Shown here: positions 58,232 through 64,000 of the stretch, in pieces
Layout of the letters: each line of letters opens with the position of its first letter
Position numbering within the stretch: position 1 is the stretch's first letter
From: Candidatus Hodarchaeota archaeon
Lineage (GTDB): Archaea > Asgardarchaeota > Heimdallarchaeia > Hodarchaeales > Hodarchaeaceae
Assembly: GCA_016839785.1 (NCBI GenBank)
Contig: JAEOTQ010000168.1
Span: forward strand, 1-64,000
DNA: 64,000 bases
Direction: 5' to 3'
Notes under the pieces: generated by a model
Told to the model about the DNA's origin: nothing
The model's database searches: none
What the model saw: only the letters and a program-made list of their open reading frames with translations
Translations under genes and position numbers: made by a program

Positions 58232-59143
58232 CATTTCAGATCGGGGTTGTGATTCAAATCCCAGAGCTGGAGAATCTAAATATCTTTGATTATAATCGGT
58301 AACTTTCAAATCAATTAGCTGCAGGAATATGCGATTTGTATTGCTTGCTATTAGTGAAAAGACTGCAAGCGTCCCAGGATCAAATGATTCATGAAAATAC
58401 TCTTGGTTATTTGTGAACTCTTCCATATAGTCCAATGTTGCATTATAAATCTTAACTTTGTAAGTAACTCTAAAGAATTGAGGGTGAGGTGTTTTTAAAA
58501 GAAGTTTTATATAGAAACGCTCATTCAGAGGAACCTCCGCTGGACCCTCTAATGACAATGTTATATTTTTCCATACTAACGTGTTCTTAGCGGTTAACTC
58601 CGGTATCATTTCAGGTATCGGGACCTCTAAGTCGAATAATTCTTTTGTGAGTTGATTATAAACGGAAAAGAAATTAAATTTTTCAGTAAATAGAAAATCA
58701 ACAGTATAAGGCCGAGAAGTGGAGGAATCAACTCTGTAGATATTAAATCCCGGTGATTGAGAGTCAATTTTTGTAGGATCGAGTACCAACCCGAAGGAAA
58801 GAGAATGCATGCTCTGGTAAGTTAGTTGTGTTTGAATGTCCGTACCTGAAAAAAACAGTCCTAAACCAGGATGAGTATGAGCCCAACCAACTATCACCTC
58901 TCCTTGGTCAATTCGATCAAAAGATATTAGAGAAAAAACTTTTTCATAATCACTGATATCTACAAATACAGAGGAACCAGAACCAATGGGAACAATATCA
59001 GTCACATTTACAGATTCTCCATTAATACGACCAAGGATTAATCCAATACATTCTCTCCACTTCCTTGACTTTTCTAGAGGATTAGCATTCTCGAGCGCAA
59101 ACCTTAGAAAATTTCTATAAACTTCCTTTGGAATTTGGATCAT
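58220..59143 (-). CDS. JAMM/MPN+ metalloisopeptidase (Rpn11-like) with C-terminal beta domain
   Basis: ECIGLILG, VGWAHTHPGLGLFFSGTD, LVLDP. Confidence 0.88.
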   Translation of the reverse strand: MIQIPKEVYRNFLRFALENANPLEKSRKWRECIGLILGRINGESVNVTDIVPIGSGSSVFVDISDYEKVFSLISFDRIDQGEVIVGWAHTHPGLGLFFSGTDIQTQLTYQSMHSLSFGLVLDPTKIDSQSPGFNIYRVDSSTSRPYTVDFLFTEKFNFFSVYNQLTKELFDLEVPIPEMIPELTAKNTLVWKNITLSLEGPAEVPLNERFYIKLLLKTPHPQFFRVTYKVKIYNATLDYMEEFTNNQEYFHESFDPGTLAVFSLIASNTNRIFLQLIDLKVTDYNQRYLDSPALGFESQPRSEMSNL

Positions 59144-59158
59144 GAAGGCATCTCAATG

Positions 59159-59938
59159 CTAGAAAAGGATTTTGATTGTGTGAATAAGAATTCCCGAGTA
59201 AACAATTGACCTGAATTTAGGTCGCATTATATGTTTTTTTGGGTTTATTGCGAAGTCTCGTCTATTGACTTCGAATACTTGCTGCAATTCTAATGCCTCA
59301 TTTTCGTTGATTTTTTCAACTGTTTGTTCTACTTGTCCCCAATTTGGAACAAAGCAGATTAAATGGCCACCACCAATTAAAGAAGGAGTAATTGAATCAA
59401 TTGCTTCAAAGGGGGTTGAAAAATCTAAAAAAAATGCATCGAGGGCTGGAACCTGAATACTTTCACGAATATCATGAATCTGAAAAGTAATAATATTTTG
59501 CAACCCAGTCATTTGAATATTTTGTTCTGCGTTCCGTAAATGTTTCTCATTAATATCGAACGAATATACATGTCCATCAGGAGCTACATTCCATGCAAGA
59601 AATGAAGTTAGGGCTCCAGATCCAGTCCCCGCCTCTCCCACTTTCATACCATTACCTATACCCGCCACGCTACAAGCTAAAGCGCAATCATCCTCGTACA
59701 TGATTTGAGTTTTTAATCTAAATGATCGAAGAAAATCTCTGGGAGAGGGTTTCAAGAGTAAAACGTGTCCCTTTATTAAAGAGACTACATTGCCATATTT
59801 TTTTCCAATTATCTTATCATGATCTATTCTACCGAGATGAGTCGATTTTTCTCCCTCTCTTTCAAGCTGGAAAATCCAAGATTTAGGATTTTTCTGTGTG
59901 ATCTCAACCGCTCTAACAATACTCCCTTCTTTGAGCAT
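59159..59938 (-). CDS. trmI: tRNA m1A58 methyltransferase
   Basis: THLG.I.H, TQIMY..D, EAGTGSGALT, FLD...P. Confidence 0.9.
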   Translation of the reverse strand: MLKEGSIVRAVEITQKNPKSWIFQLEREGEKSTHLGRIDHDKIIGKKYGNVVSLIKGHVLLLKPSPRDFLRSFRLKTQIMYEDDCALACSVAGIGNGMKVGEAGTGSGALTSFLAWNVAPDGHVYSFDINEKHLRNAEQNIQMTGLQNIITFQIHDIRESIQVPALDAFFLDFSTPFEAIDSITPSLIGGGHLICFVPNWGQVEQTVEKINENEALELQQVFEVNRRDFAINPKKHIMRPKFRSIVYSGILIHTIKILF

Positions 59939-59948
59939 TTTATCCTCT

Positions 59949-60335
59949 TCATGCTAAATTAGTAAATATAGTGGGTGCTGATTTAAGGTTGATGATCGGA
60001 ATAAACCGTATTAAACCTGTATGGGCATTCTCCAAATCTTGTTCCTGAAGAAATTTGAGAAACTTAATTTGATTATCAGACTTCTGTAAATCGTATCTCA
60101 CTAAAGCCTGTCCTTCTTCTTCTAGTTCAGACTCTGTTGTCATATAAAAGAGTACAGGCAATGCTCGGTAGTCGAAATATCCAGGAAAAATGGCAAAAGA
60201 GCCATAATAGTAAGTTCCTTCCTTTATCTTCCATTTAAAGATGGTAGATGGTCTATCGGGGCTGGAACTAGATATTAGACGTACAAGATCCACAAAACTT
60301 GATAATTCGATACCATAAGCGCTAGGTAATTCCAT
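59949..60335 (-). CDS. Conserved archaeal hypothetical protein
   Basis: 128-aa ORF co-oriented in an operon; DLVRL and IPIINL pattern. Confidence 0.65.
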   Translation of the reverse strand: MELPSAYGIELSSFVDLVRLISSSSPDRPSTIFKWKIKEGTYYYGSFAIFPGYFDYRALPVLFYMTTESELEEEGQALVRYDLQKSDNQIKFLKFLQEQDLENAHTGLIRFIPIINLKSAPTIFTNLA

Positions 60336-60348
60336 AATCGTTCCCTTT

Positions 60349-61080
60349 CTAAATATTTTTCTTTAAACCGAAGAAGTTGAATAATTGTTCTTTCTCTTCT
60401 TCAGAATCAACTATCCGTTTGCTAAATCCACGCCTGTATTCTTTCTCGTTTAATGAATCTATCATTATACTAACATTTCTTTTTCGAACAGGAGATAAAT
60501 GTTGGTCGTATAAGACGAAAAGTGTTTTTTTCTCTAGGTCAGCAACAACGTAGGCATCTGATGGGATCATAACTGGATCTATATGTTCAATTAGTTGGTT
60601 TTTCGATACACGATATATTCTGATAGGATTTGTACTAATTAATGCAGTCAAGCGTGAGTCAATTTCTTTCATTTTTTCCTTTTCAAAGTCATCTTCTGTT
60701 ATGAATATGTCTGGAGTAACGTTTGATAAGTAAGAAAGAATAAGGCCATGTGCATGTGACATAATACGTTTGAGTTGTCTTTTAAAAATTATACAGATAA
60801 CTGAGGGTCTCTTATTCAAGCGAGGATCAGTTGTGAAAGTTGACTTAACGAAGAAAGCGTAAGCTAAACATAAATAATCTTCATTTGAAGGAATCGGTAA
60901 TGGACCAAAGATATCCTCACTAATCTCTTCCCCGATCAGTGTCATAATGCGGATTGATAGATTAAAACCTTGATCTTCCGGTACATGATTTTCGGCTGAG
61001 TTAAAGATTACCTGAGGTCCAGCATCAGTGAATATACTAATTATTATTCCGATTACTGGACTCTCTGTTTTTACGGTCAT
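60349..61080 (-). CDS. Longin/uDENN-like domain fused to a gelsolin-like domain
   Basis: N-terminal IIISIFTDAGPQ, GPLPIP, DPR. C-terminal IRIYRV..DAYVVAD..LFV..VDSEEE...F.FF. Confidence 0.55.
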   Translation of the reverse strand: MTVKTESPVIGIIISIFTDAGPQVIFNSAENHVPEDQGFNLSIRIMTLIGEEISEDIFGPLPIPSNEDYLCLAYAFFVKSTFTTDPRLNKRPSVICIIFKRQLKRIMSHAHGLILSYLSNVTPDIFITEDDFEKEKMKEIDSRLTALISTNPIRIYRVSKNQLIEHIDPVMIPSDAYVVADLEKKTLFVLYDQHLSPVRKRNVSIMIDSLNEKEYRRGFSKRIVDSEEEKEQLFNFFGLKKNI

Positions 61081-61168
61081 CTTGAATCGCCGTTGATTGA
61101 ATATTAAGGTTCTTGCTTAAAAATTCAGCTAGACAATGTCCTCAATCGTAAGATTTTGTTTCGTCTAA

Positions 61169-62248
61169 TTAGGAGATTACATTTGTTTGGATTGCTAGCG
61201 TTTTAGCTGCTTTCTGTGATAGTCCTGTTTCACCTAGGATAGTATAAATTGAATCCATTTTGTGTGCTCTTTGCAATGCGTTTATGATCGCTTCGGGATC
61301 TATTTCGTCTTCTAATTCATCAAGACAAGTGGGACAACCTGCGGTTTCCAATATTTTAATAATTTGTTCATAATCTTGACCTTGTAATTTTGCCATGAGA
61401 ATTGTGCCAAGCGCAACACGTTCTCCATGAAGAATATCAATCCCAGGTGTCTCGGAGTGTAAAGCTTGAGAAAATAAATGCTCTGATCCATAACCAACTC
61501 TAATATCATTAGAAGTCCCCATAAGAACTCCTGCGATGAGTAAGGCCTTTAATACTACTTTTACCGCCTTCTCTTGATCTACTAATGCTTCTGAAACTTG
61601 ATTTTGAAACAAAGAATCAGCACTTTGTAATACTCCACCAACAAACCGTGAAAATTTAACTGATTTTATCCGATGAGCATATCTCCAGTCCCAAATCGCA
61701 GTCATTTTTCCGACAGTATCACCTACACCTGCAGCTAAATATCGGGGAAGGTCGGGATGCTGGACAATTTTGTCAATATCTGCAATGATAGCAACCGGAG
61801 GTCGACTTTCTCCTATATATTTTTCCGTCGGATCGTTTAAAAAGATAAAAGGGGAAGCTATTCCGTCATGAGAAGTTGTGGTTGGTACAGAAATTAATTC
61901 TGTTTTATGGTTTGCTTTAAACGAACAATATTTTCCAATATCAATTACTTTTCCTCCTCCCGCACAAATCATAATGTTAGAACCAGTATTCTTTACTCTA
62001 TCTTGATATGTAATGGCTGCTTCAAGGGAAGCCTCCTCGACGATCAAGGTGTCAAAGGGAATACCATTCTGTTCTAAAATAGAATAGACTTCCTCCCCTA
62101 CAATATGACGCGTTTTAGTTCCTGAAAGTACCATCACTTTAGGCTTGAATCTCAAAGACTCAATTATTTGCGGGATTTTATCGAGAATTGAATTTCCAAT
62201 GATGATTGATCTGGGTACGATCGATTCTAGAATCTCTGATCCCGGCAT
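61169..62248 (-). CDS. egsA: sn-glycerol-1-phosphate dehydrogenase
   Basis: PRSIIIG, GGGKVIDIGK, VPTTTSHDGIASP, GSEHLFS, LHGERVALG. Confidence 0.9.
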   Translation of the reverse strand: MPGSEILESIVPRSIIIGNSILDKIPQIIESLRFKPKVMVLSGTKTRHIVGEEVYSILEQNGIPFDTLIVEEASLEAAITYQDRVKNTGSNIMICAGGGKVIDIGKYCSFKANHKTELISVPTTTSHDGIASPFIFLNDPTEKYIGESRPPVAIIADIDKIVQHPDLPRYLAAGVGDTVGKMTAIWDWRYAHRIKSVKFSRFVGGVLQSADSLFQNQVSEALVDQEKAVKVVLKALLIAGVLMGTSNDIRVGYGSEHLFSQALHSETPGIDILHGERVALGTILMAKLQGQDYEQIIKILETAGCPTCLDELEDEIDPEAIINALQRAHKMDSIYTILGETGLSQKAAKTLAIQTNVIS

Positions 62249-62767
62249 TGTGAATCTATCCCTTAATCTCGCCTTTATAAGATTAATGACGCAATCCTTA
62301 AAAACTCCTGTGTGCGGGGGAGAGAACAGAGGAATTTAAAGCGTAGAATCAAATTTCTCTTCGGGGAATTATGCTAAATCTTGTAATGGTTTCTTGTATC
62401 CAATCTAATATCTCCTAGATTTGTATCTTTCTTATAAGGTATAATATCAATACTAGATTGGATTCTACTCTTCAATTATAATATTGAGTAAAAAAAGAAC
62501 GTAAATAATTCCCTTATTCATTATTATATTAGGATTCTCCCAATCATTCAGAATATTATCCGAAGTTATGATGATAGGTCTAATTTAGCTCTCTCAGGTT
62601 TAGAAATTTAATTTCATGATTCATAATCAAACTTGAAAATGAAATTGAATTACTTGAAAGAGGTGGAATACTAATTCAAGAAAGGATAATAAGACAATTC
62701 TTTACAGCATTGGGCAAATCCAAAGTATAACACATATAAAAAGAGAATCTAAAGGATAGAAACTTGA

Positions 62768-64000
62768 ATGGCCAATAAACATTCCAAATATAGTCGTGAA
62801 TCAGCAATCGATCACCTAAAAGCTGACTTAATTAATGCCCTCCCCCCAAATGCACAGATTTCTAATGTCGAGTTCGAAGGACCATTTGTTGTACTCTATT
62901 CTTTAAATCCAACAGTACTTATGGAAAATGGAGATGTTGTAAAAAGCTTAGCGAAGACCCTTCGTAAACGCATTGTTATACGATCTGATGTATCTGTAAG
63001 AAGAGAAAAAGAAGAGGCAAAAGCAAGAGTACGTGAAATTGTACCAGAGAATGCAGAAATAACCAATATAATTTTTGATGATGAATTGGGGGAAGTAATC
63101 ATCGAAGCTAAAAAACCAGGAGCGGTAATAGGAAGAAGTGGGACAACTCTTCGCGAAATTGCAAGAGAAATTTCTTGGAGACCTAAGGTTGTCAGATCTC
63201 CTCCGATTCAATCACAACTTATTAATACCATCCGGTACACACTCACCAAGGAATCAGATAAGCGTAAAAACGCTTTACTTAATATTGGTAAAAGAATACA
63301 CAGACCTAGAGTAATTGAGGATGATTTTATCCGCTTAACAGGATTAGGAGGATTTTCGGAAGTAGGGCGATCGTGCATGCTCTTGGAAACCGCCGAAACA
63401 AAAATTTTAATTGATACTGGTCTAAATGTTGGTACTCGGGAACCTGGAGAGATGTTTCCTTATTTTAGTGCCCCTGAATTTGACATAGCTCAGCTAGATG
63501 CAGTCCTAATTACTCATGCTCATCTCGATCATAGTGGATTGGTACCGTACCTCTATAAATGGGGGTATCGTGGACCAGTTTATGTGAATGATGCGACCCT
63601 TTCATTAATGACACTCTTACAAAAAGATTACATCGAAGTAGCTGAAAGAGAGAATAAACTTGTACCATTTAGTCAAAAGAATATTAGAGATATGATTCTA
63701 CACACAATAACAAGGAGATATGGAGAGGTAACAGATCTTAGTGATGATGTACGGTTAACCATGACTCCTGCAGGACATATATTGGGTTCTTCAATTTTAC
63801 ATCTTCATATTGGGGATGGGAAGTACAATCTTGCGGTTGCCAATGATTTCAAAGGAAGGCGCTCCCGATTGTTAGACCGTGCAAATACTCGATTTCCACG
63901 ATTAGAGACAATAATTATGGAATCAACCTATGGAGGTCCCCGTGATGTTATGCCTCGAAGAGAAGATGCTGAAATACAACTCGTAAAAATTATAAATCAA
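62768..64000 (+). CDS. fttA: aCPSF1/FttA beta-CASP ribonuclease with KH domains (truncated by window end; not in ORF track)
   Basis: Manual translation from ATG 62768: VEFEGP, KPGAVIGRSG, LGGFSEVGRSC, THAHLDHSG, AGHILGSS, MESTYG. Confidence 0.93.
   Translation, partial: MANKHSKYSRESAIDHLKADLINALPPNAQISNVEFEGPFVVLYSLNPTVLMENGDVVKSLAKTLRKRIVIRSDVSVRREKEEAKARVREIVPENAEITNIIFDDELGEVIIEAKKPGAVIGRSGTTLREIAREISWRPKVVRSPPIQSQLINTIRYTLTKESDKRKNALLNIGKRIHRPRVIEDDFIRLTGLGGFSEVGRSCMLLETAETKILIDTGLNVGTREPGEMFPYFSAPEFDIAQLDAVLITHAHLDHSGLVPYLYKWGYRGPVYVNDATLSLMTLLQKDYIEVAERENKLVPFSQKNIRDMILHTITRRYGEVTDLSDDVRLTMTPAGHILGSSILHLHIGDGKYNLAVANDFKGRRSRLLDRANTRFPRLETIIMESTYGGPRDVMPRREDAEIQLVKIINQ

Noticed and set aside
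58220-59938. trmI TAG readthrough into the in-frame JAMM gene
   Set aside because: A TGA follows two codons after the TAG.
1051-63211. Numerous short ORFs antisense to or overlapping recognised genes (e.g. 3513-3977, 5540-5950, 15927-16280, 26294-26665, 57038-57400, 62896-63211)
   Set aside because: Shadow ORFs with no motifs, lying on well-supported genes.

Overview
AT-rich archaeal chromosomal window from an Asgard archaeon. A Heimdallarchaeia/Hodarchaeales-like lineage is inferred from gene content, not proven. It opens with a near-complete ESCRT locus (Vps28, a Zn-finger/PH-like protein, Vps22, two ESCRT-III, Vps4, Vps25), followed by rps2-rpoN, an intron-containing tRNA, RimK, a RadA paralog, PAC2, MFS transporters and tfb. 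The last ~65 bp of tfb occur three times (16364, 22344, 23390) with almost only synonymous changes. They delimit a 6-kb insert (HTH-LAGLIDADG-HTH protein, RecA-like ATPase, XPD/DinG helicase, no integrase) and a 1-kb insert, so tfb is a repeated insertion or homing target. Other notable items are a SAM-methyltransferase-HgcA-like corrinoid fusion followed by an HgcB-like ferredoxin, a Gln-type tRNA whose canonical BHB splicing yields a CUA (amber) anticodon, a structured tfb leader, a 1863-aa solenoid protein, longin-type proteins and a JAMM protease. The rest is housekeeping or metabolic (ldh/mdh, speB, tag, pepT, gcvT, glyA, trmI, egsA, and aCPSF1/FttA truncated at the window end). All calls come from motif recognition by eye; no database searches were run.
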